The position numbers and the translations under genes are program-made. DNA of 64,000 nt from an uncultured delta proteobacterium. Its GTDB lineage: Bacteria; Desulfobacterota; RBG-13-43-22. The stretch lies in assembly GCA_963743305.1 (NCBI GenBank), contig CAVUPH010000026.1:1-64000 (forward strand), in the 5' to 3' direction. Each line of letters opens with the position of its first letter. Position 1 is the first letter of the stretch. Positions 10,690 through 21,226 of this stretch are shown here, piece by piece. The notes under the pieces are model-generated. The model did not search any database, had not been told where the DNA came from, and saw only the letters and a program-made list of their open reading frames with translations.

Positions 10690-12198
10690 TTATCCGCGAA
10701 AAGAGGGTCCCGGACGGAAGCCCGGGACTTTTTTGGTTTCAGGAGTGGGTTTAGGCTTTTCTTCTTTGGAGGGAGCCAGCTTTTTGACTTCCTTTTCCAC
10801 CGTATCTTTCAGTTCCGGATCCTTGTCTAGATATTTCAAGGCAGTCTTAAAATGGAAAACCGCTTTATCGGTTTGACCCCGTCTTTGAAAAAAGAGCCCT
10901 AAATTGTAATGGGCCGGTCCCAGTTTACCAAGGTTCCCGTAGACCATCCCTAAATATTGGTAAACCTCGTCGTTTTCGGCACCCCGACTCAAGGCCCGCT
11001 GAAAATTCTCTAAGGCCAAGGGGTTATCGCCCTTTTCCAGGTAGGAGCGCCCCAGATAAAAGGCGGCATTGGAATCCCGGGGATTCATCAGCGAGGCCTG
11101 ACTCAAATATTGGATGGCTGAATTCAGGTCGTTTTTTAGCAGGTAGGTCTGACCCAGATCCCTCAAGATATAGGGGTCGTGTGGTTTCAGGCTCAACGCC
11201 TCTTGAAATTCCTTGACAGCCCCCTCCAGGTTCTTTTCCCGGAGGTCCACCCATCCCCAGGCATAGTGGATCAAGAAGGGCGGGGCGTTTTCCTGCTCCA
11301 TTTGTCGAAAACGATTCCGGGCTCTCTGAAGGTCCCCGTATTGGGCCAGAACGATAATCTGGAAACGCCGAAAATCTTCGGAACTGGCCCGGGTCCAGGG
11401 CCCCTTATTCTTATACTGTTTTTCCAGGGACTCGATTTGGGCAATCCGATCACCGGTGCCGGGATGGGTCAACATATAGGCCGGGATCAGATCGGAACCG
11501 AAAGACCCCCATTTTCGCAGCTTGTTCAGTAATTCTATCATTCCCTCCGGATTAAAATCGGCTCGAGTCATGGTTTTGAACCCGTAGTTATCCGCCTCGG
11601 TTTCATCTTCCCGGCTATATTTCAAGCCAAGCGATATCCCCGTGGCCAGGGAACTGGTAATCACCGCGCTGGCAATCCGGGGGTCGCCGGCGAAGATACT
11701 GGCCAGAACAGCCGCAACGGTTGCCAGGCTGATCTTCTTCTGTTGCTCCATCCGCTTGGCAATATGGCGAGAGGTTACATGCGCGATTTCGTGCCCCAGC
11801 AACCCGGCCAGTTCCGCTTCCGAATCCATAACCTCCAGAATACCCGTGGTAATGAAAACATGGCCCCCCGGTACCGAAAAGGCATTTAATTGGGGGTCTT
11901 TGATCAGGTAGAAGTGGAAGGGGTAAGCTATGGGCTGGGCGTCGCGCACCATTTCCTGGCCGATCCGATTCAAATAGTCCAGAAGCAGCGGATCGTGGAT
12001 AAGGGTAAAATGAGCCTCTACTTCCCGGAGTACCTGGTCCCCGAGCTTCTGTTCCTCTTCCAGCGTGATGGCATAAACCGGAGGAGTGGCGTTAAAGACC
12101 GGCGACCAAGAGGACACCCCGAAGAGGACCAGGAACAGGAGCCCCAGTCGTAAACAAAAAATAAACTTGGAGGTCATTATTACCTCGCAAAAAGTCAA
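10690..12198 (-). CDS. bepA: M48 metalloprotease with TPR repeats (BepA/YfgC-like)
   Basis: NAFSVPGG, HEIAH, YSREDETEAD, LTHP and C-terminal TPRs. Confidence 0.85.
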   Translation of the reverse strand: MTFCEVIMTSKFIFCLRLGLLFLVLFGVSSWSPVFNATPPVYAITLEEEQKLGDQVLREVEAHFTLIHDPLLLDYLNRIGQEMVRDAQPIAYPFHFYLIKDPQLNAFSVPGGHVFITTGILEVMDSEAELAGLLGHEIAHVTSRHIAKRMEQQKKISLATVAAVLASIFAGDPRIASAVITSSLATGISLGLKYSREDETEADNYGFKTMTRADFNPEGMIELLNKLRKWGSFGSDLIPAYMLTHPGTGDRIAQIESLEKQYKNKGPWTRASSEDFRRFQIIVLAQYGDLQRARNRFRQMEQENAPPFLIHYAWGWVDLREKNLEGAVKEFQEALSLKPHDPYILRDLGQTYLLKNDLNSAIQYLSQASLMNPRDSNAAFYLGRSYLEKGDNPLALENFQRALSRGAENDEVYQYLGMVYGNLGKLGPAHYNLGLFFQRRGQTDKAVFHFKTALKYLDKDPELKDTVEKEVKKLAPSKEEKPKPTPETKKVPGFRPGPSFRG

Positions 12199-12290
12199 AA
12201 AACGACTTTCTGCTCGGCGGGAGATTCCGCCTTAGGTGGGACTCCCCCGCCATTTGAAATGAATTCCAAAGGTGCCAACCCTACCTCGCC

Positions 12291-12692
12291 TTAAATCTCG
12301 CCTTCGCCGGAAAAGGATCCGGCCGGCAGGTCCAGCCGCGGGGCATCGATCCAGAGACCCTCGACATCGTAAAATTCCCGGACGGTCTCCAGAAAAATAT
12401 GGACGATCACTTCGTCGTAGTCCATAAGAATCCATTGCCCGGGTTCCTCTCCCTCCACCCCCAGGGGACGAATACCCTTTTTTCCCAAGGCCGTTCGCAG
12501 GTGCTCGGCTAAGGCCTGGGTTTGCCGGGTGGAATTCCCGCTTAAAATCAGAAAGTATTCGGAAAAGGAGCAAAAGCCCTCCACCTGCAGCGCAATCGGG
12601 TTAACCGGTTTCATTTGCAGAGCGGTTTGGATAATTAGCTGGGCCTTTTCACGGGCCGAGAGATTACTTCGCGGTTTTTTCTTGGGTTCCAT
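12291..12692 (-). CDS. rsfS: Ribosome silencing factor
   Basis: GNSTRQTQALA, WILMDYDEVIVHIF...REFYDVEGLW; follows nadD. Confidence 0.92.
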   Translation of the reverse strand: MEPKKKPRSNLSAREKAQLIIQTALQMKPVNPIALQVEGFCSFSEYFLILSGNSTRQTQALAEHLRTALGKKGIRPLGVEGEEPGQWILMDYDEVIVHIFLETVREFYDVEGLWIDAPRLDLPAGSFSGEGEI

Positions 12693-13329
12693 AGAGCCTT
12701 TTCTGGAGGATATATTCCTCCACGACCTCCGGGAGGAGGTAGGTGATGCTTTTCCCTTGCCGGCACAGTCCGCGGATGAAGGTGGATGAAATGTCCAGCC
12801 GGGTAATCGGTGCCCAGTGGACCGAAAATCCAGCGGGGTGAAGGAAACGATGTTCCCGAGGATAAGGAACGAAACCCGGGGATATTTCTCGATTGAGAAA
12901 TTCCGGCAAGCGGCGTCGCGAAACTCCCTGCCGGTCCAGGACGATGAAATGACAAAGTTCGAAAATTTGGAGATAATCCTTCCAGGAGGAAATTTCCAGG
13001 AAGGCATCCAAGCCGAGGATAAAAAAGAGCTCCACTCCTTGGGGGAAGGTTCGGTGAAAATGGCGCACGGTTTGGATGGAATAGGATTTTCCGCGACGCT
13101 TAATTTCCGCATCCGAGGCCTTTAAACGGGGTTGGCCCGCCACGGCCAACCGGACCATCTTCAGACGGTGGGCGAACGACAAGATCTCCCGGCTCGTCTT
13201 GTGCGGCGGGATGGCGGCCGGAAGGTAGAGGACCCGGTCCAAGTTAAAATGTTCCTGGATCTCCAACCCGGCCCGGAGATGACCGTGATGAATCGGATTA
13301 AAGGTCCCGCCGAAAAGTCCCAGTCGCAT
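12664..13329 (-). CDS. nadD: Nicotinate-nucleotide adenylyltransferase
   Basis: GGTFNPIHHGH, PPHK and ISSTFIR. Confidence 0.96.
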   Translation of the reverse strand: MRLGLFGGTFNPIHHGHLRAGLEIQEHFNLDRVLYLPAAIPPHKTSREILSFAHRLKMVRLAVAGQPRLKASDAEIKRRGKSYSIQTVRHFHRTFPQGVELFFILGLDAFLEISSWKDYLQIFELCHFIVLDRQGVSRRRLPEFLNREISPGFVPYPREHRFLHPAGFSVHWAPITRLDISSTFIRGLCRQGKSITYLLPEVVEEYILQKRLYGTQEKTAK

Positions 13330-13333
13330 CCAA

Positions 13334-14599
13334 CTAACTCCGGATTTGTCCCTGACCGAAGACGATGAACTTGGTGGTGGTTAATTCGTTCAGCCCCATG
13401 GGACCGAAGGCGTGCAGCTTGGACGTGCTGATGCCGATCTCGGCCCCCAAGCCTAATTGATTCCCGTCATTAAAACGGGTGGAGGCGTTCACCAGGACCA
13501 CCGAGGAATTAACCGCCTGGAGAAACTGCCGCGCCCGGGTATAATCCTGGGTGATGATGGCCTCCGTGTGTTGTGAACCGTAACGCTGGATATGCCGGAC
13601 GGCCTCTTCCAGATCCTTAACCACTCGAACGGCTAAAATCAAATCCAGGTACTCCGCGGACCAGTCCGCTTCCCGGGCCGGGATGATCCCCTTCCCTCCG
13701 CCCACTATCTTCAGAGTGGCCGGACAGCCCCGGATCTCCACGCCCGCTTCCCGAAAGCGTTTGATCATCTGTGGAAGAAACTTCGAAGCCGCTTGTCGAT
13801 GAACCAGCAGGGTTTCCATGGCGTTACAGACACCCGGCCGCTGCACCTTGGCATTGAGGCTGACGTTTTCCGCCAAAGCCAGGTCGGCGCCCTGGTCCAC
13901 GAAAATATGACAAACCCCCTTATAGTGTTTTAATACCGGGATCCGGGATTGGGCGGTCACCGTCCGGATCAGTCCCTCTCCGCCCCGGGGAATGATCAGG
14001 TCAATATACTCTTCCAGTTTGAGCAGCTCCGTGGTGGCCTCCCGGTCGGTGATCGGGACGAGCTGAATGGCGCCCGGATGGACCTCTTCCCGGATCAGCA
14101 CTTCCTGGAGAATTTGAGCCAATATCCGATTGGATTGCAGGGCTTCGCTTCCCCCCTTGAGGATCACGGCGTTGCCCGATTTTAAACAGAGTCCGGCGGC
14201 ATCCACCGTCACATTGGGCCGAGCTTCATAAATAAAGCCGATGACCCCCAAAGGGATGCGCATCCGCCCCACCTGCAATCCGTTGGGCCGAAGCCGTAAG
14301 CCGGTAACTTCTCCGACCGGATCGGGCAGTTGAACCACCTCCCGCAGCCCCCGAGCCATTTCAGCCAAGGTTTTTTCGGTAAGCTGCAGTCGATCTAAAA
14401 AAGCCCGGGGCCGGCCGGCCCGGTGCGCCAGAGTGAGGTCTTTTTTGTTCTCTTTGAGGATGGTCCTGGTTTTTTTCTCCAAGGCCTCGGCCATGGCCGA
14501 AAGGCAACGATTCTTTTGGCTGGTGTTCAGGAGAGGCAGGGTATGCGCAGCCGCCTTGGCTTTTTCAGCCAGTTCCAGGACCATTTTTTGAATGTCCAT
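13334..14599 (-). CDS. proA: Gamma-glutamyl phosphate reductase
   Basis: [31 protein letters not shown] and HAFGPMGL. Confidence 0.97.
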   Translation of the reverse strand: MDIQKMVLELAEKAKAAAHTLPLLNTSQKNRCLSAMAEALEKKTRTILKENKKDLTLAHRAGRPRAFLDRLQLTEKTLAEMARGLREVVQLPDPVGEVTGLRLRPNGLQVGRMRIPLGVIGFIYEARPNVTVDAAGLCLKSGNAVILKGGSEALQSNRILAQILQEVLIREEVHPGAIQLVPITDREATTELLKLEEYIDLIIPRGGEGLIRTVTAQSRIPVLKHYKGVCHIFVDQGADLALAENVSLNAKVQRPGVCNAMETLLVHRQAASKFLPQMIKRFREAGVEIRGCPATLKIVGGGKGIIPAREADWSAEYLDLILAVRVVKDLEEAVRHIQRYGSQHTEAIITQDYTRARQFLQAVNSSVVLVNASTRFNDGNQLGLGAEIGISTSKLHAFGPMGLNELTTTKFIVFGQGQIRS

Positions 14600-14646
14600 A
14601 TTGATATCCTTCTTCATTTGATCCGTGGTAGCAAAAAAAGGTTAAA

Positions 14647-15804
14647 TTAGAGATCATCCGAGACCAGCACCAGATTGTCCCGGTGGATGGCTTCGTCGGA
14701 CTGCTTGAACTCTAAGCGTTTTTCGATTTCAGAAGACTTCAGCCCTTTGATCTTCTCCAGATCGGAAGAGGAGTAATTCACCAGGCCCTTGGCCACCCGT
14801 CTACCCTCCTGATCCAGACAACCGACACAGGAGCCTACCCCAAAACGGCCCTGCACGGCGATGATACCCGAAGGCAAGAGACTCTTTCCTTTTTCGACCA
14901 GTGCTTTTCGGGCCCCTTCATCAAGAATGATTTCGCCGCGAGGTTTAAGGGTATAGGCAATCCAATGTTTCTTGCGACTTAACGATTGTTTCTGGGGGAG
15001 GAAAAGCGTCCCCCAGGGCTGGCCTTTAATAATCTCCTTCAAAACCCCTTCCCGGCGCCCGTTGGCAATGATGACCGGCGTACCTTGGAAGGTTACCTTA
15101 CGGGCGGCCTTGATTTTGGTCCGCATTCCCCCCAGGCCCCATTCACCGGAACTAAGGGAGGTGAAGCGTATGACCTGACTGTCCACCTTCTCTACTACCG
15201 GGACCAATTCAGCCTGGGGATACTGCCGGGGGTCCCGGCTGTAAAGTCCGTCCATATCGGTTAGGATGATCAACAAATCTCCATCAATGAGATGGGTAAT
15301 CAGGGCCGAGAGATTGTCGTTGTCGCCGAATTTGATCTCCTCCACGGCCACGGTATCATTCTCGTTGATGATGGGGATAATCCCCCAGTTCAGCAAGATA
15401 GTCAGGGTATTGCGGGCATTGAGGTATCTGCCCCGATGGGTCAGATCGTCCCGGGTAAGCAGGATCTGAGCGACTTTCAGGTCGAAACGGTCGAAGGCTT
15501 CCTCGTAGACCTGAATCAGACGGCCTTGGCCGATGGCGGCCACGGCCTGTTTCTCGGGAATGGTTTCCGGTTTTTTCCTGATCCCCAGCTTTCCCATCCC
15601 GGAGGCGATCGCCCCGGAAGAAACCAGGGTCACCTTCAACCCCTTTTTCTCCAGGAAGGCCATTTCTTCGGAGAGTCGCAGGATGGTCGGCCGGTGTAAA
15701 GCCCCATTTTCCGTGAGGACCGCGCTCCCCACCTTGATGACTACCCGATTGACTCCTTTAAGAAGTTCTTTCCGCTGTACCGTCAGTGATTCCTGGGGAG
15801 TCAT
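14647..15804 (-). CDS. proB: Glutamate 5-kinase with PUA domain
   Basis: VIKVGS, VSSGAI, NENDTV, FGDNDNL and GGMRTK. Confidence 0.97.
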   Translation of the reverse strand: MTPQESLTVQRKELLKGVNRVVIKVGSAVLTENGALHRPTILRLSEEMAFLEKKGLKVTLVSSGAIASGMGKLGIRKKPETIPEKQAVAAIGQGRLIQVYEEAFDRFDLKVAQILLTRDDLTHRGRYLNARNTLTILLNWGIIPIINENDTVAVEEIKFGDNDNLSALITHLIDGDLLIILTDMDGLYSRDPRQYPQAELVPVVEKVDSQVIRFTSLSSGEWGLGGMRTKIKAARKVTFQGTPVIIANGRREGVLKEIIKGQPWGTLFLPQKQSLSRKKHWIAYTLKPRGEIILDEGARKALVEKGKSLLPSGIIAVQGRFGVGSCVGCLDQEGRRVAKGLVNYSSSDLEKIKGLKSSEIEKRLEFKQSDEAIHRDNLVLVSDDL

Positions 15805-16795
15805 TTTGGATTTCAACCTTTAGAAAAATTTGAGCGACCAACTCTTCCAACCCCTCTCCGGTCAGCGCTGATATCCCCAAGGGGGCCGCCCCCTGTTCCC
15901 GAAAGCGCGCTGCCGTTTTCAGAAACTCCTTCCGGACCGGAGGTAAATCTATTTTGTTGATCACCACCAGGGAGGGCTTCTCCAGTATCCGGGGGTTAAA
16001 AGCTTGTATTTCCTGCCTAATGATCTGCCATGATCTTAGGGGATGGGCATCGGCTCCGTCAACCAAATAAATAAGCAGCCGGGTCCTTTCAATGTGGCGT
16101 AGAAATTTCAACCCCAGCCCGGAACCCGAACCGGCCCCCTCGATGAGCCCGGGTATGTCGGCCAGGGTCAATCGTCGACCACGCGGGTCTTCAACGACTC
16201 CCAGATTGGGGGTTAAGGTGGTAAAGGGATAATCGGCGATTTTTGGTTTAGCCGCGGAGATCTTCGAAAGCAGTGTGGATTTTCCGGCATTGGGGAGGCC
16301 GATCAGTCCCACCTGGGCTAAAAGTTTCAGTTCCAGGCGCAGCCATCGTTCTATTGCGGGTTCCCCGTCTTGGGCAAATCGGGGTGTCCGCTGGGTGGCC
16401 GAGGCGAAATGTTTATTCCCCTTTCCGCCGCGTCCCCCTGCTGCGGCAACCCAGATCTGGCCGTCCGCAACCAAATCCGCAAAAATTTCTCCGGATTCGG
16501 GATCCCGAACCAGGGTCCCCAGAGGAACCGGTATCCGAATGTCCTCGCCGTTCTTGCCGTGGCGGTCATTTCCCTGGCCTTGTCCGCCCTTGGTGGCCTT
16601 AAAATGTTGCTGGTATTGAAAGTCAAGAAGGGAATGGATCTTCGAAGAGGCAATGAAGAGTACGTCTCCCCCTCGGCCGCCGTCCCCGCCATCGGGGCCG
16701 CCAAAGGGTTTAAACCGCTCCCGCCGGAAACTGACACAGCCCTTCCCCCCGGCTCCGGAGCGAACAAATATTTTGGCCTCATCAACAAACTTCAA
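15758..16795 (-). CDS. obgE: GTPase Obg
   Basis: FVDEAKI, GGPDGGDGG, GLPNAGKST, DYPFTT, DIPG and NKID. Confidence 0.97.
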   Translation of the reverse strand: MKFVDEAKIFVRSGAGGKGCVSFRRERFKPFGGPDGGDGGRGGDVLFIASSKIHSLLDFQYQQHFKATKGGQGQGNDRHGKNGEDIRIPVPLGTLVRDPESGEIFADLVADGQIWVAAAGGRGGKGNKHFASATQRTPRFAQDGEPAIERWLRLELKLLAQVGLIGLPNAGKSTLLSKISAAKPKIADYPFTTLTPNLGVVEDPRGRRLTLADIPGLIEGAGSGSGLGLKFLRHIERTRLLIYLVDGADAHPLRSWQIIRQEIQAFNPRILEKPSLVVINKIDLPPVRKEFLKTAARFREQGAAPLGISALTGEGLEELVAQIFLKVEIQNDSPGITDGTAERTS

Positions 16796-16811
16796 CGATG
16801 ACCAGGATTGA

Positions 16812-16856
16812 CGGGCGTCGACCGCCCTGGAGGGCGGCCGACGGGCGCTTTATTTT
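16812..16856. terminator. Stem-loop between rpmA and obgE (possible terminator/attenuator)
   Basis: cgtcgaccgccctggagggcggccgacg forms a GC-rich hairpin. Confidence 0.45.
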
Positions 16857-16898
16857 AGAGGATTGGCTGTTCGTGAGATCAACGATTGGGTCGGCAAA

Positions 16899-17147
16899 TT
16901 AGCGGATGCTTATTCTTTTCCGGTCCTGGCCGAAGGCTTCAAAGGACACGACCCCCTCCACCTTGGCAAAAAGGGTATAGTCTTTGCCCATGCCCACATT
17001 TTCACCGGGGTGAAACTTGGTCCCAATCTGGCGGACGAGGATATTCCCCGCTTTAACCCGCTGCCCGGAATAGCGCTTGACCCCCAGCCGCTGTCCGCCG
17101 CTGTCTCGCCCGTTTCGAGAGCTGCCTCCCGCTTTTTTATGTGCCAT
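16899..17147 (-). CDS. rpmA: 50S ribosomal protein L27
   Basis: [16 protein letters not shown]...RLGVK. Confidence 0.98.
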   Translation of the reverse strand: MAHKKAGGSSRNGRDSGGQRLGVKRYSGQRVKAGNILVRQIGTKFHPGENVGMGKDYTLFAKVEGVVSFEAFGQDRKRISIR

Positions 17148-17173
17148 ATTCGTTACTCCTTTTAACCGAAAAT

Positions 17174-17500
17174 CTAACTATTTTCGGTCAGGCCTTGGAT
17201 GGCCTTGATCTTTAGCGCCGTGAACGGCTGGCGGTGCCCCACCATCTTTCGATAGCCCTTGCGGCGTTTATGCTTAAATATTAATACCTTTCGTTGGCGT
17301 CCCTGCTGGAGGATTTCGCCCTCCACCGAGACCTCTTCCAAAAAAGGATGTCCCACCAAGACCTTTTCATCCTGGGCAATAAACAAAACCTGCGGGAGTA
17401 CCACGTTTTCCCCCACTTGTCCGCTTAATTGCTCCACCTGAATGATATCGCCCGGAGCTACCTGATACTGTTTTCCGCCGGTTTGGATGATGGCATACAT
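17174..17500 (-). CDS. rplU: 50S ribosomal protein L21
   Basis: [12 protein letters not shown]...GHRQPFT. Confidence 0.98.
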   Translation of the reverse strand: MYAIIQTGGKQYQVAPGDIIQVEQLSGQVGENVVLPQVLFIAQDEKVLVGHPFLEEVSVEGEILQQGRQRKVLIFKHKRRKGYRKMVGHRQPFTALKIKAIQGLTENS

Positions 17501-17558
17501 AAGCTTTTCCTTTGAAAAAAATTATAAAAAGAGTATTAAACCACAATTTTATTTTTTG

Positions 17559-19091
17559 TCAACTATAAATTTCAAATTGCTCGATATGAATATTCTCTCT
17601 CGATTCCACCGAAATGCGCTTACTGATCCGCTCCTCGAGTTCCTCCATGGCCGGTCGTTCCTCGTCCAAAAGCAGGTGGGCGATATCCGGGTGAACCCGC
17701 GCGACGACGTTCTCCCGATTCGACTCCCAGGCCTCCCTTTCAATCTGACGCAGGACCTGGTAGCAGATGGAACTACGTGACTTCAACCACCCTTCCCCCT
17801 CGCAATAGAAGCAGGGTTCCCGGAAAATCCGATTCAAATTTTCTCGGGTCCGTTTTCGGGTCATCTCGATCAAACCCAATTCGGACATTTTCAGCACGTT
17901 GGTCTTGCTTTTATCCCTTTTCAAGGCCTCTCTCAGGGCGTTGAAGACCTTTTCGCGATCATTCTTTTTTTCCATATCGATAAAATCGATGACCACCAGC
18001 CCTCCGATGTTACGCAGGCGCAACTGATAGGCGATCTCCTTGACCGCCTCCAGGTTGGTCTTGAGGATGGTTTCCTCCAGGTTGCGCTTCCCCACATATC
18101 TGCCGGTATTCACGTCGATGGAAGTCAAGGCCTCGGTCATTTCGATGACAATATAGCCGCCGGATTTCAGCCAGACCTTTCTTCCCAAGGCCCGTCCCAA
18201 TTCCATCTCGATCCCGTGGGCGTCAAAAAGGGGCTCCGGCTCCTCATATAAATGAACCAGATTCTTGAGCTTGGGATTGAAGGTATCAATAAAATTGAGG
18301 ATCTGCTCGTATTCCTTTTTTCCGTCGATCACCAGGCGGTCCACTTCCTTGGTGAACAGGTCCCGGACCGAACGGAGGGTGACGTTTAAGTCCTGATAAA
18401 TCAAACTGGAGACCGGTGCCCGGGACATCTTCTGTTGGATGTTATTCCAAAGTTTGATCAGGAAATCCATCTCGGTTTTGATCTTGTCTTTGGGCGCGCC
18501 CTCCCCGGCTGTCCGGGCAATCAAACCAAACCCGTCGGGTTTGATGCCGGTTAACAAGTCCCGAAGGTTCCGTCGTTCCTCTTCGTCTTCAATCCGTCGG
18601 GAAACCCCTACGTGATCCATGGTGGGCATCAAGACCAGGTGCCTCCCGGGCAGGGAAATGTGGGTGGTAATCCGCGCGCCTTTGGAGCCGATCGGTTCCC
18701 GCATGATCTGAACCAGAAGTTCCTGGCCTTCCTTCAAGAGGTCTTCGATATTGTTGAAGTAAAGGGGGCGAACCTTTTCTTCCAACTCCTCAGCGGCGTC
18801 GCCGAAAGTCTCTTCCAGGTCGCCCTCTTCTTCTTCGTGCATCAGGGCTTCAAATTCTTCAAAATTATCGGCCACGTCACTGACATATAAAAAACCGGCC
18901 CTTTCCAAACCGATATCCACAAAAGCCGCCTGCATCCCGGGCAAGACCCGGACCACTCGTCCTTTGTAAATATTGCCCGCCAGGCTGTTTCGCTGAGGCC
19001 GTTCCAAATGGAACTCGGTTAAGATGTTATTCTCAACCAGAGCGACCCGGGTTTCATAGGAGCGGGCGTTGATCAATAGTTCAATGGACAT
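17559..19091 (-). CDS. rng: Ribonuclease G (Rne/Rng family)
   Basis: GNIYKGRV...PGMQAAFVDIG, IDVNTG, GGLVVIDFIDM and CFYCEG; 510 aa with no long C-terminal scaffold. Confidence 0.93.
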   Translation of the reverse strand: MSIELLINARSYETRVALVENNILTEFHLERPQRNSLAGNIYKGRVVRVLPGMQAAFVDIGLERAGFLYVSDVADNFEEFEALMHEEEEGDLEETFGDAAEELEEKVRPLYFNNIEDLLKEGQELLVQIMREPIGSKGARITTHISLPGRHLVLMPTMDHVGVSRRIEDEEERRNLRDLLTGIKPDGFGLIARTAGEGAPKDKIKTEMDFLIKLWNNIQQKMSRAPVSSLIYQDLNVTLRSVRDLFTKEVDRLVIDGKKEYEQILNFIDTFNPKLKNLVHLYEEPEPLFDAHGIEMELGRALGRKVWLKSGGYIVIEMTEALTSIDVNTGRYVGKRNLEETILKTNLEAVKEIAYQLRLRNIGGLVVIDFIDMEKKNDREKVFNALREALKRDKSKTNVLKMSELGLIEMTRKRTRENLNRIFREPCFYCEGEGWLKSRSSICYQVLRQIEREAWESNRENVVARVHPDIAHLLLDEERPAMEELEERISKRISVESRENIHIEQFEIYS

Positions 19092-19311
19092 GCCGTATTT
19101 TCCTTTGGCCGAGGGTTAAAGGAACCGTATCCGGGAAATTAATTTTTATTTGAAATTATTACTCTTTTAGTTTACACCATTGACGGGTCCATGTCAAAAA
19201 CGATTCCCGGTTTCTCGGTTTTGGACCTTCTTTAAATATCGCTTCGGCCTATTTTCGGTGGGTACCCACCGGATCTGGTAGGGCCGCCGGGTCTCGGAGC
19301 TTCGATTCCAG

Positions 19312-19356
19312 ATTAAACCCCCATGCCCGGGGCGGGCACCCCAAAGCATGAAAATA
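19312..19356 (+). repeat. 50-nt dispersed module, copy 3 (stand-alone)
   Basis: attaaacccccatgcccggggcgggcaccccaaagcatgaaaata. Confidence 0.75.
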
Positions 19357-19528
19357 AAGGGGCAGACATAAGCCTAAGTTTTTGACATTAATAATTAATA
19401 ATCAATTGTTCATTATTCATTATTAATGAATGTCCGAGTGGCGCCGGGTTCTATTTTCGTATTAAGCTACCCCATATTACCCTATACCCAAATGGGCGAA
19501 CAACCGACCATTAGCCCCGCAGACGACC

Positions 19529-21226
19529 ATGAAACTGGTTCTAATACAACCTCCGATCGAAGATTTCTATCATACCCCGGTACGGTTGGTCCCCCTGGGC
19601 TTAGGATATTTAAAAGCGACGGTTAAGAAATACCTGCCCCAAGTGGAAGTGGTCATCAAAGATTACCACCAGGGTTGGGGTCGCCGAACCATCCCCCTCC
19701 CCCACGACCTGGCTTACTTGAAGGAGTATTACGCCTGGCCGGACCAGAGCCCCTTTTCCACCTTTTTTCACTATTACCATTTCGGGGCTGACTATAAAAC
19801 CCTGACCTCGGAAATCATCCGGGAAAAACCTGATCTCGTCGGGATTTCTTCCCTGTTTACTCCCTACCATCGTGAAGTCTGGCAAAGCGCCGAGGCCCTG
19901 AAGAAAAGGCTGAACATCCCGATTTTATTGGGCGGGGCGCATGTTTCCGCCGCCCCGGAATTGATGCTCGCTCATCCCGCGGTGGATTGGGTGATCCGGG
20001 GAGAGGGCGAAAAACCACTGGTCGAATTGCTCCGGGCCATCCTTCAGGGACGAGCCTTATCCGGAATCCCGAACTTGGGATTTAAACAAGAAGGGCGGAT
20101 AATTCTCAATCCCATCGAGGAAAACTATCCCCTGGAAGAGATCCCCTGTCCGGATCTCTCGGACCTGCCGCCGGATTACTATTTATACGATCGAAAACCC
20201 CTCTGTTTCCTGATGACCTCCAGAGGGTGCCCTCACCGTTGCGCTTTTTGCTCGGTTCATCTGACCTTCGGCCGAGGGCATCGTCGCCGCCGACCCGAGG
20301 CCGTTTTTGAAGAGATCCAAGAAAGGTATCGCCAGGGTTACCGGATTTTTGATTTTGAAGACGACAACCTGACCTTCTCCCGGGAGGACATGATCACCCT
20401 GGCCGAACAGCTCAGCCGGACCTTTGCCCCGGGGGAAGTGCAGTGTCTGGCCATGAATGGGATCTCCTATCAGAGTTTGGATCCGGAGTTGTTGGCGGTA
20501 ATGAAGAAAGCTCATTTCACCCAGCTAAACTTATCCTTGGTCAGCCTGGATCGTGAAACCCGGAATCGCGCCCAGCGGCCTCATACCTTGAACCGCTACA
20601 TCACCGTGGTCCAAGAGGCCCATCGATTGGGTTTCAAACTGGTTTCCTACCAGATTTTAGGCCTGCCCGGGGAATCCCTGGAGTCCATGATCCGGACCCT
20701 GGTCCTGGCCTCCGGCCTGCCCGTCCTGATCGGGGCCTCACCCTTTTACTTGTCCCCCCAAACCCCTTTATCCCTGAATTTTCCCGCGCCTGAAGCCGGC
20801 GATTTATTTCGCGCCCGGCTTACCGCGCTGGCCCTGGAGACCGACTCCTGTAAACGGGAGGACCTCTACACCCTTTGGGTGGCCACCCGAATCATCAATT
20901 TCCTGAAGGGCCTGCGCTTCAGCCCGGCCTGCATTTCTTTCTCGGAAGCCCTGGACCTGGCCCTGAAGCAAGGCCGCCGAGCCGCCTCGGGAGTGGAGAT
21001 CCTCTCCCGACTGCTGACGGAAAAAACGTTTTACGCCGCCACCCCGGACGGTTTAAGGCCCCTGCCCAAATTTCGCACCTCCCTCTTTTTCAAACTCTGG
21101 ACTCAATTGCGACAAATTGTCACTACGGAAGGGAAAGGAATAACTTTAGATAAATTTGATCTTGAAGAAAACGTTCTGCAGGTACTGGGCGTAGAGGTCG
21201 GCCATTCCGGTATTGAGAACCCATAA
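19529..21226 (+). CDS. B12-binding domain radical SAM protein
   Basis: PLGLGYL, PDLVGIS, LGGAH, GEGE, SRGCPHRCAFC and FEDDN. Confidence 0.9.
   Translation: MKLVLIQPPIEDFYHTPVRLVPLGLGYLKATVKKYLPQVEVVIKDYHQGWGRRTIPLPHDLAYLKEYYAWPDQSPFSTFFHYYHFGADYKTLTSEIIREKPDLVGISSLFTPYHREVWQSAEALKKRLNIPILLGGAHVSAAPELMLAHPAVDWVIRGEGEKPLVELLRAILQGRALSGIPNLGFKQEGRIILNPIEENYPLEEIPCPDLSDLPPDYYLYDRKPLCFLMTSRGCPHRCAFCSVHLTFGRGHRRRRPEAVFEEIQERYRQGYRIFDFEDDNLTFSREDMITLAEQLSRTFAPGEVQCLAMNGISYQSLDPELLAVMKKAHFTQLNLSLVSLDRETRNRAQRPHTLNRYITVVQEAHRLGFKLVSYQILGLPGESLESMIRTLVLASGLPVLIGASPFYLSPQTPLSLNFPAPEAGDLFRARLTALALETDSCKREDLYTLWVATRIINFLKGLRFSPACISFSEALDLALKQGRRAASGVEILSRLLTEKTFYAATPDGLRPLPKFRTSLFFKLWTQLRQIVTTEGKGITLDKFDLEENVLQVLGVEVGHSGIENP

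Noticed and set aside
12693-13112. N-terminally extended 273-aa RsfS
   Set aside because: The extension overlaps nadD in another frame; the RsfS-like sequence starts at 12692.
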